Positions 1 to 15,556 of a stretch of DNA of 64,000 nucleotides are shown piece after piece. Source of the stretch: Eledone cirrhosa (Eukaryota); assembly GCA_964016885.1 (NCBI GenBank), contig OZ024743.1, forward strand, positions 47,182,001 through 47,246,000, read 5' to 3'. The notes under the pieces are model-generated. The model was not told the DNA's origin. It did not search any database and was given only the letters and a program-made list of their open reading frames with translations. Positions within the stretch are counted from its first letter, which is position 1; each line of letters starts with the position of its first letter. Made by a program: the position numbers and the translations under genes.

Positions 1-490
1 CTAAGTCCAAGCCATACGCAAGGGGAAATCCGTCGTGTGGACTATGTATTGATTAACGAATAAATATTCTAAAGAGATTATGCAATAGTGATTGCCTAAA
101 CACGAGAAATGAATTCTTCACACGTTGTCCACACGTCTCGAAACACCTCTTGCATAACTACAAAGCTCCGGATTGAATTACAACGACATCATAATTTTCT
201 TATCAACTAGATACTTTTCGGACTTTCGCAGTTATCTCCCTTACACCTCTCGCACGCATTTTAGTATTGCCTGTGTGAAGTGACCGGTTTCTGCGCATGC
301 GCGTTCCAATGGTTGTCCTTCCTGTTCCGTATAACCGTGTTCATTGCGAGCTGAGGATCCGGTAAGGTGAAACAATTGTTCTCAGTATGGTGAACTAACT
401 GTTGTGTAACCACTTCTACCTAACTCGTCCATTGAACTGAGTGCTCTACCATTACGGATATTACCTTCCAGTGTTCTATCACTATAAATA
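1..490 (+). mobile_element. 3' fragment of a Naiad-type Penelope-like element (GIY-YIG C-terminus plus pLTR), ending in (TA)n
   Basis: Frame from 3 to 176 reads KSKPYARGNPSCGLCID*RINILKRLCNSDCLNTRNEFFTRCPHVSKHLLHNYKAPD*, matching the CxLC...LN...E...CxH tail of the elements at 10277-10477 and 60699-60960; followed by a hammerhead and (TA)n. Confidence 0.8.
348..383 (+). ncRNA. Minimal type I hammerhead ribozyme
   Basis: GAG-CTGAGGA-tCC ggtaa GGt-GAAA-CAATTG (palindromic stem III)-TT-CTC; predicted GUU cleavage. Confidence 0.8.
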
Positions 491-602
491 TATATATATA
501 AATTCTCCCCCCCCCTCTCTCCCTGTATATATGCGTGTGTGTGTGTGCAAATATATATGTATATATATATATGTATATATATATATACATATATATATAT
601 AC

Positions 603-688
<86 letters not shown>

Positions 689-785
689 TAATATATATAT
701 GTATATATATATGTATATATACATATATATATTTGCACACACAAACACACACACACATATATATATATATACATATACATATATA

Positions 786-818
<33 letters not shown>

Positions 819-1140
819 GGAGGGAAGGAGAGAGAGAGTGTATATATATATATATATATATATAACGGTTGGTCTTTTCTGACGACCTCCTCATTGTAAA
901 TATATAAGTGTTCTTTTCCTTTTCAGATTTATCACATGTCATTTATACTGGTCATCATCATCATCATCATCATCATCATCGTCATTATTATCATCATCAA
1001 CGTCATCATCACCATCATCATCATCACCATCATCATTATCATTATCATTATCGTCATCATCACCATCACCATCATCATCATCATCATCATCGTCATCGTC
1101 ATCATCATCATCATCACAATAGAAAAGTCATCATCATTAT
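487..1140. repeat. Compound microsatellites (TA)n/(CA)n/(GA)n and (CAT)n
   Basis: Directly visible; source of the YIYI/HHHH pseudo-ORFs. Confidence 0.95.
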
Positions 1141-1269
1141 TGCCGTTTTTTGTTTATTTTCATGGTAATTAAGTATAAGCTATATATAGCAGTAGTTTAT
1201 GACATGAATCTTTCCTTAGACATGTCTTCTCCATTCTGCTGGACCTTGAGGTCCCAGCAGACAGAATGG

Positions 1270-2095
1270 AGAAGACATTTCCCCAGAGGATGGCAAGGGA
1301 GACATGCTGGAACAGTCACTCCAACCCGTGGGAATCGCTCTTGCGATTAGCCAACTCCGCCACGATAGCAGTGAGTAGGGATATTGTTTGGGAGTCAAGA
1401 ACGTCTGAAGTCTCACTGTCACAGGCTCGACCACAAACATAGGGGAGAGCCACTGATACTCCCATAGTTTGTCTTCTTCGACCTGACTAACAGCGAAGCT
1501 TAGGCTAGTCGACTAATGTACCTGTTGTTGTCGGAGAAGGTATCGCAATATGTAGCATCCCAGAGGACCCTACCACCACAGAACGGGAAGGTTGCCAAGT
1601 CGGTGCACTAGCCTGTCCGAGGTCATGTTGCACTGGATAGAGTCCTATTTGTTTTGGATATCTACACAGAGGAGTGGGGAATGTGGACGTCCGTAAAGTG
1701 GAGGCTGAGCTGGTTCCAAGTCACGTAGGACGCCGCGTTCGCTGATCACAGTAGGTTCCGTTGTGTTGTGGAGAACCCTGTTGATAAGGACACGGAAAAA
1801 TGACGAAAAATGACGAAAAATGACGAAAGAAATGCCACCATTGCCAGTATGAGAACACAGCCACTGGAGAACGGAGGCCAAAGCCACAGTATTTGACGGG
1901 TAAAAAGGCCTGTGTCATCAAACCGGACGTTGCATCTCTCCGCAGCAGCCGGTGTCAAGATCTGTGAACAGAGACGCCTGGTTGTAACGGGGAGCACTGC
2001 AGAAGATTTGTAGAAGCATCAGGATAGCGAAGCAGTTCTTTAACAAGAAGAGTGTCGGATGGACGTAAATGAGGTTCAGTCTGCTCCTTAATAGA
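1270..2095 (-). mobile_element. Degenerate CRE-like non-LTR retrotransposon remnant
   Basis: Several blocks align by eye with 48216-49380 (e.g. catttccccagaggatggcaagggagacatgctgg; gtaaaaaggcctgtgtcatcaaaccggacgttgca). Confidence 0.7.
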
Positions 2096-2119
2096 TTTTT
2101 CGTCTGTCATGGTGGTCAA

Positions 2120-2400
2120 TAATTGTTTCTACTTTTGGCACAAGGCCAGCAAATTACCAGTACATTACTGGTACTTTATTTTATCGACCCCGTAAGGATG
2201 AAAAGCAAAGTTAACCTCGGTGGGATTTGAACTCAGATCGTAAAGGGACGTAACTATGCTGGAAAGCATGTTCGACCCTCTACCAATACTGCCAATTCAC
2301 CGCCCTTAATTGTTTCTACCTTTAGCACAAGGCCAACAATTACCCAGTACGTTACTGGTACTTTATTTTAGCGACCCCGTAAGGATGAAAGGCAAAGTTA
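2120..2400 (-). mobile_element. tRNA-derived SINE family 1 (one full and one partial copy)
   Basis: Same ~190 bp repeat as 5779-5968: B-box gagttcaaatccc, central ctttcatccttacggggtcgataaaataaagtacc, tail gtagaaacaatt. Confidence 0.85.
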
Positions 2401-2590
2401 GTCAATAATATCGATAGCTATGGGCTGTGGATCTTCGGTCAGAGATACAAGTTTTGGTTTTTGTAAATATTTCAATTATTTGATTATTTGATTTCATTTT
2501 CGTGTTGTTGCTGACTTTAGCAGTTCTATAAAAACCACGTCTACTCAGTCCAGTTTCAATGTATGTATATTATAAGTTGACATGGAAATA

Positions 2591-2762
2591 CAGTGAAATT
2601 CCGTTATAACGAAATTCCCGGGGCATAAAAAAATTCGTTGTAACGAAAAATTCTTTATAACGAGATCGACCTACACATCGAACGTGGGGCGGGGATTGAA
2701 AAGAATTTCGTTATACTGAAAAATTCGTTTTAATGGTATTCGTCATAACGGAATTTTACCTG
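2591..2762. mobile_element. pogo/Tigger-like MITE
   Basis: TA|CAGTGAAATTCCGTTATAACG ... CGTCATAACGGAATTTTACCTG|TA inverted ends, internal ttataacg repeats. Confidence 0.75.
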
Positions 2763-2859
2763 TAATAGCAAAAGCAAAACATAATTCTTAACTATACCCG
2801 GTTTTTTAATAAGACGTGGAGGGTTGAAGGTGAAAGATGCGGACCCACTGTACACTTAC

Positions 2860-3063
2860 CTGCGGTTTCTCCATCTTTTACTTTGACGTAGTCATAGTCA
2901 CAATTCTCCGACTCTTCTAGAGCAAACTTATGAAAAGTAAGAGTGACAGTTTCTTCGAATGGCGATCGTATGATGTAAACGCATCTAGCATTGGCCGGAT
3001 AAGGATTTGGGAAACGTGGGGATTGTATTTTCACACCTTTTATATCAATGATTTGAGTACAAC
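2860..3063 (-). CDS. CUB-domain protein, exon (N-terminal half of second CUB domain)
   Basis: tttcag|...|gtaagt, 204 bp, phase 1-1; GCTQIIDIKGVKIQSPRFPNPYPANARCVYIIRSPFEETVTLTFHKFALEESENCDYDYVKVKDGETA. Confidence 0.9.
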
Positions 3064-3102
3064 CTGAAATAGAGACGATAGTATATATATATATACACAT
3101 AT

Positions 3103-4620
<1,518 letters not shown>

Positions 4621-4633
4621 CACTTCAAATAAA

Positions 4634-4708
4634 ATTTCATTCTGACGAAAGATTTCAACCGTCTGTATCGAGCTCGTCTGTCTTCGTGAAACCTTTGGTA
4701 AATGGAAT
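4634..4708 (+). ncRNA. Type I hammerhead in a pLTR fragment (4619-4735) related to the 7398-12497 element
   Basis: atttcatt-CTGACGA-long stem II-GAAA-CCtttGG-TA-aatggaat; same tail ttatgttgtttattacata as 12470-12487. Confidence 0.7.
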
Positions 4709-4914
4709 AATTGTCTTATGTTGTTTATTACATAACTCTATCTATCTATCTATCTCTCTCTCTCTCTATATATATATATATAAATATGAATGTATGTACA
4801 GTATATTTGGCAATATGCCGTATGTTTAATTCAAAACATTTAGAAGACCATACGCTATCAGTTTTAAAGTAGTGACTATGTCACTTACTTCTTTTCGGCG
4901 AAAGAAGGGGGAGA

Positions 4915-4956
4915 AGCTGACAGTCTGTTTCACGCTGGTTGGCGTTCATCAGAGCC
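4915..4956 (-). ncRNA. 42-nt minimal type I hammerhead ribozyme in element 4783-5042
   Basis: GGCT-CTGATGA-ACGC caacca GCGT-GAAA-CAG a CTG-TC-AGCT; all core positions canonical, GUC cleavage. Mutated copy at 14905-14946. Confidence 0.85.
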
Positions 4957-5074
4957 ACGTAGTCACCTGCCTTCGCCGAAAATTACAGAAGTTGGATTCT
5001 TATAGAATTCCAGTAATAATCAGGAGCTGATTATACAGAGCGATTGCCGGTCCTTCTATATATTTCTCATTCTT

Positions 5075-5110
5075 TCTTCTGATGAAGGACTAGCGTCCGA
5101 AACGTTAAGA
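5075..5110 (+). ncRNA. Minimal hammerhead of a (CA)n-associated Penelope-like tail family (copies 6839-6874, 18139-18174; partial minus copy 57096-57187)
   Basis: TCTT-CTGATGAa-GGAC tagc GTCC-GAAA-CG-TT-AAGA; downstream tail ends ttacctttta(CA)n in two copies. Confidence 0.75.
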
Positions 5111-5749
5111 CCCTCTTCCTTCTATTTCAAGCGTTAACCTAATATACACCTTCCATATACTGTACCGATTGTGTGTGTAGCCTTTTCTTCTTTTCTTACT
5201 GGTCTAGTCTAATCCCTAGCTGCTGGTACTCATTTCATTTCTGTTGAGTGGACTCAACAAATGTGAAATGTGGTGTTTTGCTCCAGAACGCAACCCACCG
5301 CTTGGTCAGAGAATTGAATCCACGACCGAACATCCATGAAAGGCCAAGGTTAACTTTGTCTTTCATCCTTACGGGATCGATAAAATAAAGTACCAGTAAT
5401 GCACTGAGGTAATTGCTGGCCTTGTGCCAAAAGTAGAAACAATTAATTAACATTCTCTCTACATTCTGAGAAAATGTGGGAAACAACTATGTTCTCTCAC
5501 TACTGAATGAAAATAGAAAACGAGTGGCATGACGAAGGAATATAATTAATACCCAACGTCTTACAAAGGGTGTAAACCACAATTATAATAAAGTATTCTA
5601 TACTTGATGTTTGTAACGGGTTCTTTCCACTGTCTAGACGTGTGGCAACATGTATGGCTCATCAGCACAGCTCATGGAAAATTGTACGATTAATTTATGT
5701 CACTAGTGAATTTAAATTTAAGTCAAGTTCTTCAAAGTTATATGTTCAT

Positions 5750-6132
5750 GGTCACTCTGATATAAAACTCTGACATAAATAATTGTTTCTACTTTAGGCA
5801 CAAGGCCAGCAATTACCCAGTGCATTACTGGTACTTTATTTTATCGACCCCGTAAGGATGAAAGGCAAAGTCAACCTTGGCGGGATTTGAACTCAGATCG
5901 TAAAGGGACGTAACTATGCTGGAAAGCATGGCGTCCGACCCTCTACTGATACTGGCAATCCACCGCCCTGACATAAATAATGCTTTCTTTATTTATATCA
6001 GAGTTTTATATCAGAGTGACCTTCTCCTAGACATCTCTCTAGGAGAAGGTCACTCTGATATAAAACTCTGATATAAATAAAGAAAGCACTATTTATATCA
6101 GTTTTACATCAGAGTGACCTTCTCCTAGAGAG
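5750..6132. repeat. Scrambled inverted RTE 5'UTR-like motif cluster
   Basis: Hairpin 5981-6088 built from ctaggagaaggtcactctgatataaaac, the motif also seen in the RTE-derived elements (minus strand of 40905-40930). Confidence 0.6.
5779..5968 (-). mobile_element. tRNA-derived SINE family 1, full length with TSD (other copies ~5338, 13677, 14288, 17455, 22248, 24268, 24489, 25866, 26015, 26333, 46510, 54386, 54441, 63840)
   Basis: A/B-box-like head, conserved central domain, TSD ctgacataaataat at 5770 and 5968. Confidence 0.9.
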
Positions 6133-6371
6133 AGGTCTTAAGGAAGACTAGGAGTCTCTCGCTCCACAAAAAGAACCCCCAAAAATTTGGATGGTTGTTG
6201 ACTCTCCTGAGTTCCTCCGCCCTTTGACGGGTTTTGTTTTTCATCTCGCAGAGTGTCCCAAATCCCCCTCCTCACCAAGCAGGCTTGGTGGGGTTGCCGG
6301 TTTAGTCGCCGACGACCCGACCATGCACATGTTGTACTGGGTTACATGTTGCCAGTAGCGCTGAAGATCGA

Positions 6372-6692
<321 letters not shown>

Positions 6693-6955
6693 AAATATGT
6701 TGTGTCAGTGGTGTGAAGACGGGGAAGATCACTAATCGGGTCACAACTTAATAACTTCTTTCCGGAGACATTGATCCCTATAAGACGACTCTGTCAGTTA
6801 GCAGAAGCGCCCCTATATCTATCTTATTTCTCATTCTTTTTTCTGATGAAGGACTAGCGTCCGAAACGTTAAGACCCTCTGCCTGCTATATCAAGCGTTA
6901 ACCTAATATATCCCTTCCATATACTGTACCGATTGTGTTGTTATTTCTGTTTACC

Positions 6956-7043
<88 letters not shown>

Positions 7044-7046
<3 letters not shown>

Positions 7047-7147
7047 ATGTCCTCCCAAAAATGTATACACACTTTGATTACCTGTACAGGCAATATTTAT
7101 TAGAATGCTGTTGAAGTATGTATGTATACATTTTGGGGGACACTCTA
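7044..7147. mobile_element. Small Tc1/mariner-like MITE
   Basis: tgtcctcccaaaaatgtataca / tgtatacatttttgggggaca inverted ends. Confidence 0.55.
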
Positions 7148-7149
7148 TA

Positions 7150-7230
<81 letters not shown>

Positions 7231-7233
<3 letters not shown>

Positions 7234-7381
7234 AAAATGTATGACCCCGACGGCAGAGCTCAAAGCTTTTGAGCTCTGCCGTCGGGGTCATACATTTTCC
7301 TATTACCCACTCTACTACCCTAAGTATTGAGTACTCTGGAGCGTTATGATCCATCTGGTTCCTTACCACAACTCCTTCGTT
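7231..7381. mobile_element. Asymmetric fold-back mini-element (family also at 35349-35548 and 52780-52960)
   Basis: ~35 bp perfect hairpin plus ~78 nt extension between (TA)n tracts; longer copies retain the hammerhead 3' half GAAA-CGGC..GCCG-TC. Confidence 0.8.
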
Positions 7382-7690
7382 TTATATATATATATGTGAA
7401 GTAATTCCGTCGGAAAAGTCCAGGAAAAAAGAGTGCTCTATGTAAGCAACAGAGCTTAATTATTATTATTATGTAATAAACAACATAAGGCAATTATTCC
7501 ATTTACCAGTGGTTTCTTAAAAGCAAAAGGTTTTGCTTTCAATCCTCAGAACGAAAAAATCCTGGTTTGTTTATTGAATTTGGATCTTAAAAACAAAAAA
7601 AGCAAGCTATATGAAAGTGAGGCTGGAGAAGGAAGAAGGAAAGGAAAAAATAAAAACAAAATAAGACTACCCATACAAACACACATACAC

Positions 7691-7757
<67 letters not shown>

Positions 7758-8127
7758 TGTGTATGCGCGCACGCACGCGTACACAAATATAAATATATTT
7801 CCCCCATACACATGTGTGTGCGTGCATGCGCGCAGGGTATGTTCTGTTGAAAGTGTCTCGTGAATTTATGGCTACAGTTGTATAGATTATACTTAGAAAT
7901 TGTCCACAGAATTCCCTAAACCTTGGTCAATATACTAGAACCTTTAAGAATTTACCTTTTAAGGAATCTCCCCTTCCTCCAAATCTATCTACCATGACTG
8001 ACCCCATACTGATCTTACAGACACCTGTAAGCTAAAGAGAAAGCCAATGATAAGGATTGGCTCCAATCTGAATACAGAAATCTGTCTGCCTTTGTTCCTC
8101 TAAGAACAAACATATACAAACACTCAT

Positions 8128-8214
<87 letters not shown>

Positions 8215-8237
8215 TATCTACACACACACACGCATAC

Positions 8238-8272
<35 letters not shown>

Positions 8273-8707
8273 TACACACACATATGCATATATACACACA
8301 CATACACACACACAAAAGCACATATACATACGCACGAAATAGTCAACGCATTCATACACTGTCACACATAAAAAAATTTTTCAAATACAAATACATAACC
8401 GCATACATACGCATACATGCATAACCACGCACAAGTGTACAATCTATACACACACACATGTGTATACAACTATATGCACACACACACATATATGCATACA
8501 TAAGCACACATATAATTACATAAATACAAACGTACACACACACATATATATACACACGTACACATACACACACATATACATACATAGCTAAACAATTATA
8601 CACATACAAATACGTATATATCATAAACACGCACATAATAATAATTTAGCTCTGTTGCTTACATAGAGCACTCTTTTTTCCTGGACTTTTCCGACGGAAT
8701 TACTTCT

Positions 8708-10477
8708 TTGAAGTTAATAGTACTTTGTATAACCAACTTTTAACTAATAGTATTACCAATACATATCAATTAACTAATAATAATACCTACAATACTATCA
8801 ATAAAGAAGCTAAAGAACTAGCTAGTTCTTTACAAATAGATAACCGGATTGAAAGCTTAGCTAAGCGTAAAGAATATATTACCCTTAAAGACCATACATT
8901 GGACTTTACTAATCGACCTAGTTGTAGATTGATTAACCCGGCTAAATCCGAGGTTGGCCTTGTAAGTAAGAATATCTTAAGAAAAATAATTCTCCAAATC
9001 AGAACTAACAGTGACCCATCACAGTGGCTAAATACTTCCTCTGTTATTTCTTGGTTCAATAATATACAGGGTAAAAATAAGTGTAGATTTACCCAGTTTG
9101 ATATTGTCGATTTTTACCCTTCTATTACTGTTTCCTTATTAACTAAGGCCTTAGATTTTGCAAGACCGTCCATTAATATTTCTAAATTAGAAGAAGACAT
9201 TATCCTCCATGCTAGAAAAACTTTACTTTTTACTAATGATAATATTTGGGTTAAAAAGTCAAACCCTGAAAACTCTTTTGATGTCGCAATGGGTTCATAT
9301 GACAGTGCGGATGTGTGTGACTTAGTTGGATTGTTCCTTCTCCACACCCTCAAAGAGAAATTTCCGTCCCATAATATCGGTTTATACCGTGATGACGGAT
9401 TAGCAGTTTCTCATACCACCAACGGCCATGACCTTGATAAATTCCGTAAAGATGTAATCAATACTTTTGCTAATCTTAACCTTAAAATTACTATAGATAC
9501 GAACCTTACTAATGCTAACTTTCTTGATATTAATCTTGATTTACTTACTGCCTCTTTTAAACCCTACCATAAACCTAACGAAAATCTTAGGTATATACAC
9601 AAAGAGTCTTGCCATCCCCCTATAGTTTTTAATAATCTTATTCCTAACATTAGCCGTAGGATTTCTACCTTATCTTCGTCTATAGACATTTTTAATAAAG
9701 CCGCCCCTTATTATAATAAAGCCCTTAAGAACAGCGGTTTTACAGAAAAAATTTCTTATTTACCTACTCCCCCCCCCCCCCTAAAACTAACCACAATAAC
9801 AGGAAAAGGAAGATTATTTGGTTCACACCCCCCTTCTCTCTAACTGTCAAAACTAATGTAGGAAGGAAATTCCTTGAACTATTAGACAAACATTTTCCTC
9901 CTAATAATAGATACTATAAGATATTTAATAGGAACGTAGTCAAGATCTGCTACTCTTGTTGCCCATCTATGAAGTCCAAAATCACCAGCTCAAACCGGAC
10001 GAGAATAAATCCAGGATGCAGTTGCAGGAAGCCGGACGAATGCCCATTGCAGGGTAGATGTAACACTAAATCTGTCGTTTATGAGGCTACGATAACACCA
10101 GTAATCAACAACCAGCCAGCCAGGAGTGAGCGATATGTCGGTATGACCCAGGACAGGTTTAAAACCAGATTTTACTCACATGTCGCTTCTTTTAAGCACT
10201 CCGGTAAACGAACATCAACGGCCCTCGCAAGTAAGGTGTGGGAATTCAAGGATAGTAACATCCCGTACTCTATTGATTGGTCTATATTAGACCATTCGAG
10301 GGAGTACCAAATAGTTGTTCTTTGTGTACCACAGAAAAGTATAGGATTTTGCTAAACTTGAGAGACACTTCCGCTTGCCTTAATTCAAAGACTGAGATCT
10401 TCAGATGCTGTCCTCATCTGAGACCGCACCTGATCTGTAACTGGATTGACACTCCTATGAGAAATCAACCGCCTTGA
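8708..10477 (+). pseudogene. Penelope-like RT plus Cys-rich linker plus GIY-YIG endonuclease (two frameshifts)
   Basis: CRLINPAKSE, FDIVDFYPSI, AMGSYDSA, YRDDG, WFTPPF, CSCRKPDECPLQGRC, VVY...YVGMT...RFYSH, CSLC; frameshifts at the poly-C 9769-9781 and near 10310. Confidence 0.92.
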
Positions 10478-10688
10478 ACTCCTTCTCCCGCTCTTTACTT
10501 CTGCTACGGTTTTTATTTTACTGTTTCTACGTTCTGTACTCTTGTATACCTACATTTATTATATATTTTTTCTCCCTTACCTCCCCTTATATTTTACCTT
10601 CTCCTATGCGGCCCCCACATATATTCTTTTTGCCTTGCCCTCCACATACCTATGTGTATGTGTGTGTATATTTGTGTGTATATATGTG

Positions 10689-10790
<102 letters not shown>

Positions 10791-11150
10791 GATATGTGTG
10801 TGTATGTGTGTATGTATATATGTTTATACGTATGTGTGTGTGTGCCTGTGTGTATGTATTTATATATGTATGTATTTGTGTGTGTGTGTATATATGTGTA
10901 TGTGTGGATAAGCCAGGTTTCTCTCATCCTGAAGATTGTATGAAACATTTTTTTGCTTTTAAGAAACCCTTGGTAAATGGAATAATTGCCTTATGTTGCT
11001 TTAATACTTTACTACTATATATACGTATATGTAAGGTCCTTATGGTTTATCTAAGATTGAGTTTTACATACACACACGCATATACGTGTGTGTATGCGTA
11101 TGCATGTGTGTGGGCGTGGCTGTGTATGTGTGTATATGTGTATATGCATG

Positions 11151-11253
<103 letters not shown>

Positions 11254-11339
11254 ATGTGTGTGTGTGTATATATGTGTGTGTGTACATATGTGCGTGTGTA
11301 TATATTGATAATTGTATATGTGTGTGTGTGTGTGTGTGT

Positions 11340-11381
<42 letters not shown>

Positions 11382-11752
11382 TGTTCTGTTGTGCGTGTTT
11401 ATGATATATACGTATTTGTATGTGTATAATTGTTTAGCTATGTATGTATATGTGTGTGTATGTGTACGTGTGTATATATATGTGTGTGTGTACGTTTGTA
11501 TTTATGTAATTATATGTGTGCTTATGTATGCATATATGTGTGTGTGTGCATATAGTTGTATACACATGTGTGTGTGTAGATTGTACACTTGTGCGTGGTT
11601 ATGCATGTATGCGTATGTATGCGGTTATGTATTTGTATTTGAAAATTTTTTTTATGTGTGAGAGTGTATGAATGCGTTGACTATTTCGTGCGTATGTATA
11701 TGTGCTTTTGTGTGTGTGTATGTGTGTGTATATATGCATATGTGTGTGTGTA

Positions 11753-11787
<35 letters not shown>

Positions 11788-12192
11788 GTATGCGTGTGTG
11801 TGTGTAGATATGTTTGTGTGTGTGTGTATGTATGAATGTTTGTATATGTTTGTTCTTAGAGGAACAAAGGCAGACAGATTTCTGTATTCAGATTGGAGCC
11901 AATCCTTATCATTGGCTTTCTCTTTAGCTTACAGGTGTCTGTAAGATCAGTATGGGGTCAGTCATGGTAGATAGATTTGGAGGAAGGGGAGATTCCTTAA
12001 AAGGTAAATTCTTAAAGGTTCTAGTATATTGACCAAGGTTTAAGGAATTCTGTGGACAATTTCTAAGTATAATCTATACAACGAGACACTTTCAACAGAA
12101 CATACCCTGCGCGTATGCGCGCATGCACGCACACACATGTGTATGGGGGAAATATATTTATATTTGTGTACGCGTGCGTGCGCGCATACACA

Positions 12193-12241
<49 letters not shown>

Positions 12242-12401
12242 GTGTGTGTGTGTGTGTTTTTTTTTTCGTGTATGTGTGGTTGTATGGGTAGTCTTATTTT
12301 GTTTTTATTTTTTCCTTTCCTTCTTCCTTCTCCAGCCTCACTTTCATATAGCTTGCTTTTTTTGTTTTTAAGATCCAAATTCAATAAACAAACCAGGATT
12401 T

Positions 12402-12461
12402 TTTCGTTCTGAGGATTGAAAGCAAAACCTTTTGCTTTTAAGAAACCACTGGTAAATGGAA
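12402..12461 (+). ncRNA. Type I hammerhead ribozyme (mirror copy 7497-7556 on minus)
   Basis: tttcgtt-CTGAGGA-ttgaaagcaaaa cc ttttgcttttaa-GAAA-CCA c TGG-TA-aatggaa. Confidence 0.8.
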
Positions 12462-12493
12462 TAATTGCCTTATGTTGTTTATTACATAATAAT

Positions 12494-12580
<87 letters not shown>

Positions 12581-12583
<3 letters not shown>

Positions 12584-13140
12584 TAATCCCCTGTTTATTG
12601 CGGGGGATACGTTCCAGAACCAACCGCGATAAATGAAAATACGCGATATAGAGAGACCATAAAGACAACCGTTGTTTTCATAGTTTAAGCATTAAAATAG
12701 CTCTCCTACACTCTTTCAGTACATATAAACTCATTAAAATACACTTTTGTATTTAAACATCAAAACAGACAGTAACGATCGTATAGAAACTACCACCAAC
12801 CACCGTACCACTAGTTACCAATGAGGACCATTGCCAGACACGATAGCCGCTGCACATCTCCCGTCAATCTATGAAGGGTTTGTAGTAGATTTGAGAAAAA
12901 CACAATCAGTAAAACAGTAATGAAAAATAAAGTCATTTTTTTATCGTTAAAGCCTTAAGATGCCCCTTCCTTACTCTATAAACTTCAATCACATCGAAAC
13001 TTATTTGATATGTGTAGATTAAAAAAAAACTTTTTTATTCTGATGTACGTACCGCGATAAGAAAATAGATATGTTCTAACGAAAAATCTGCGATGTAACG
13101 GAACCGTGAAAGGTGAACCGCGATATAGCGGGGATTACTG
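12581..13140. mobile_element. pogo/Tigger-like MITE
   Basis: TA|CAGTAATCCCC ... GGGGATTACTG terminal inverted repeats, internal ccgcgata subrepeats. Confidence 0.8.
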
Positions 13141-14005
13141 TGTATCTAAACTATAATAAAGTCAGGAGTGCGGGACTGCGTCCAGAATATATATATTTTT
13201 TTATCCCGTTTGTAAAATAGGTTGGATCATTTGAATAAATAATTAACGAATATTACATAATTTATCTACTAAATTTCGTTATTCTTGATTAAATATAAAT
13301 AATTTTGTTGCTTATTTTAAGATTCACTTCTTTAAAATTTTCAAATGTCAATACTTCCGGTTAGCGATCGCTTAAATAAACATTCATATATTTCCGTCAC
13401 TAATTTTCTCCTAATGCAGTTTATATATAATATCGTCTTTTTTAATGTATCAGGGATTACGTTACTGATTACATAAGACAGTGTAACGCAGGCTTCGTTC
13501 AATTTCTGTGTATATTGTCAATTACGATTTTATTTGATGTATCATATCTACATGTATATATACTTGATACTATAATATCAATATACACACTACACATACT
13601 AGCAGAAAACCACCCGAAAGGTGGGGGAGGAGGGGTCACTATTCAGGGATAACTACTTCAACGTGAAGGGTTTTAATATTTGTTTCTACTTTTGGCACAA
13701 GGCCAGCAATTACCCAGTGCATTACTGGTACTTTATTTTATCGACCCCGTAAGGATGAAAGGCAAAGTTAACCTCGGCGGGATTTGAACTCAGAATGGCA
13801 AGGGCCGTAACTCTATGCATCAAAGCATGGCATCCAACCCTCTACCGATACTGCCAATCCACCTAATAATGAGAGAAACATAGACTGACAGACACATAGA
13901 TAGACAGAGAGACAGACAAACAAATTGACAGACAGATAGATAGACAAATAAACAACTTCAGGTGATTTTTCCCTAGCTGTTCTATGGATTTGTATAAAGA
14001 CTTAC

Positions 14006-14215
14006 CAGAGTCATTTTCTAAGTGATCATCTGATCCCGATTGGTTGCTGTGGTCGGTGGTGAATGAACTGTGGAAACTGAATTGCGCTAGAAATCCTGCA
14101 CTCTCGTAAATTATGCTTAATGATGTGAACTTAAGGATCATATCGGAGCCGGTGGAGTAAAAGAAGGAAAGGACTTGTTTACCACAGTACCTTCCAATAG
14201 AAGGATATATAGAAT
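14006..14215 (-). CDS. CUB-domain protein, exon (C-terminal part of first CUB plus linker)
   Basis: ttttcaccag|...|gtaagt, 210 bp, phase 1-1; SIYPSIGRYCGKQVLSFFYSTGSDMILKFTS...AGFLAQF. Confidence 0.88.
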
Positions 14216-14718
14216 CTGGTGAAAAAAGAATATTTTATACAGAAATAAATACATCAATGTGCACTTTTCAGTTACATCAGTATATTAAATAATTGTTTCT
14301 ACTTTTGGCACAAGGCCAGCAATTATTCCAGTGTATTACTGGTACTTTATTTTATCGACCCCGTAAGGATGAAAGGCAAAGTTAACCTCGGCGGGATTTG
14401 AACTCAGAATGGCAAGGGCCGTAACTCTATGCGTCAAAGCAAGGCCTCCGACCCTCTACCGATTAATGATATCAGGACGCAAGAAAACAAAGAAAACATA
14501 ATGGGATAGTGGACCTGAAGCTGTGGTATCTGTCCTAAATACAAATCTAATCATAGCTATGAGGAAGTTAAATGAAAAAACAATGTTATCTCTGATCGAG
14601 CCGAAGCGGAAGTGTATTTGAATACATATAAAAATAAGAAAACTCATCGCTAGAACACGTTTTATATGTTTTTATATATTGCTGCGTGCGTGCGAGAATG
14701 CATGATTATACATTGTAC

Positions 14719-14757
<39 letters not shown>

Positions 14758-14760
<3 letters not shown>

Positions 14761-15083
14761 TAGGATTTGTGCTCTGAAATAGCGATGCATACATGAATGT
14801 TTGTATAATATTTTTGGCAATATCCCGTGTGTTTAATTAAAAACATTTAGAAGGCCATACACCATCAGTGTCACTTACTTATTTTCAGCGAAAGAAGGGA
14901 GAGAAGCTGACAGTCTGTTTCACGCTGGTTGGCATTCATTAGAGCCACGTATTCCGCTGCTTTCGTCGAAAATTATAGAAGCTGAATTCTTATAGAATTC
15001 CAGTAATAATCAGGAGCTAATTATACATAGCGTATGGTCTTCTAAGTGTTTTTAATTAAACATACGGTATATTGCCAAATATA

Positions 15084-15085
<2 letters not shown>
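14758..15085. mobile_element. Asymmetric fold-back element with minus-strand hammerhead (family of 4783-5042)
   Basis: ~55 bp inverted arms (14808-14860 / 15032-15085); left arm has an extension to (TA)n, right arm ends in (CA)n. Confidence 0.75.
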
Positions 15086-15136
<51 letters not shown>

Positions 15137-15137
<1 letters not shown>

Positions 15138-15391
15138 TATAGATAACGAGGAATCAGTAATGTATCAAACCACAATTTACTAACATATTACATATGTTTC
15201 TCCGTCGATCAGCTCGACTCAAGATCTGTTACAGATCGATGGAGAAACATATGTGATATGTTAATAAATTGTGTTTTGATGCATTATTGATTCCTCGTTA
15301 TCTATAATGTATATACTCTGCTCTGCGCGAGCATTGAATGCTCAACCGACATACCGCCTACGAACGCATTTACCTGCAACCCTACAACAGC

Positions 15392-15393
<2 letters not shown>
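15137..15393. mobile_element. Asymmetric fold-back mini-element
   Basis: Arms 15137-15210 / 15234-15308 with GAAA-CATATG-TA hammerhead 3' half; ~85 nt extension; (TA)n flanks. Confidence 0.75.
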
Positions 15394-15480
<87 letters not shown>

Positions 15481-15507
15481 ACACACAGACACACACACAG
15501 AAACACG

Positions 15508-15556
<49 letters not shown>
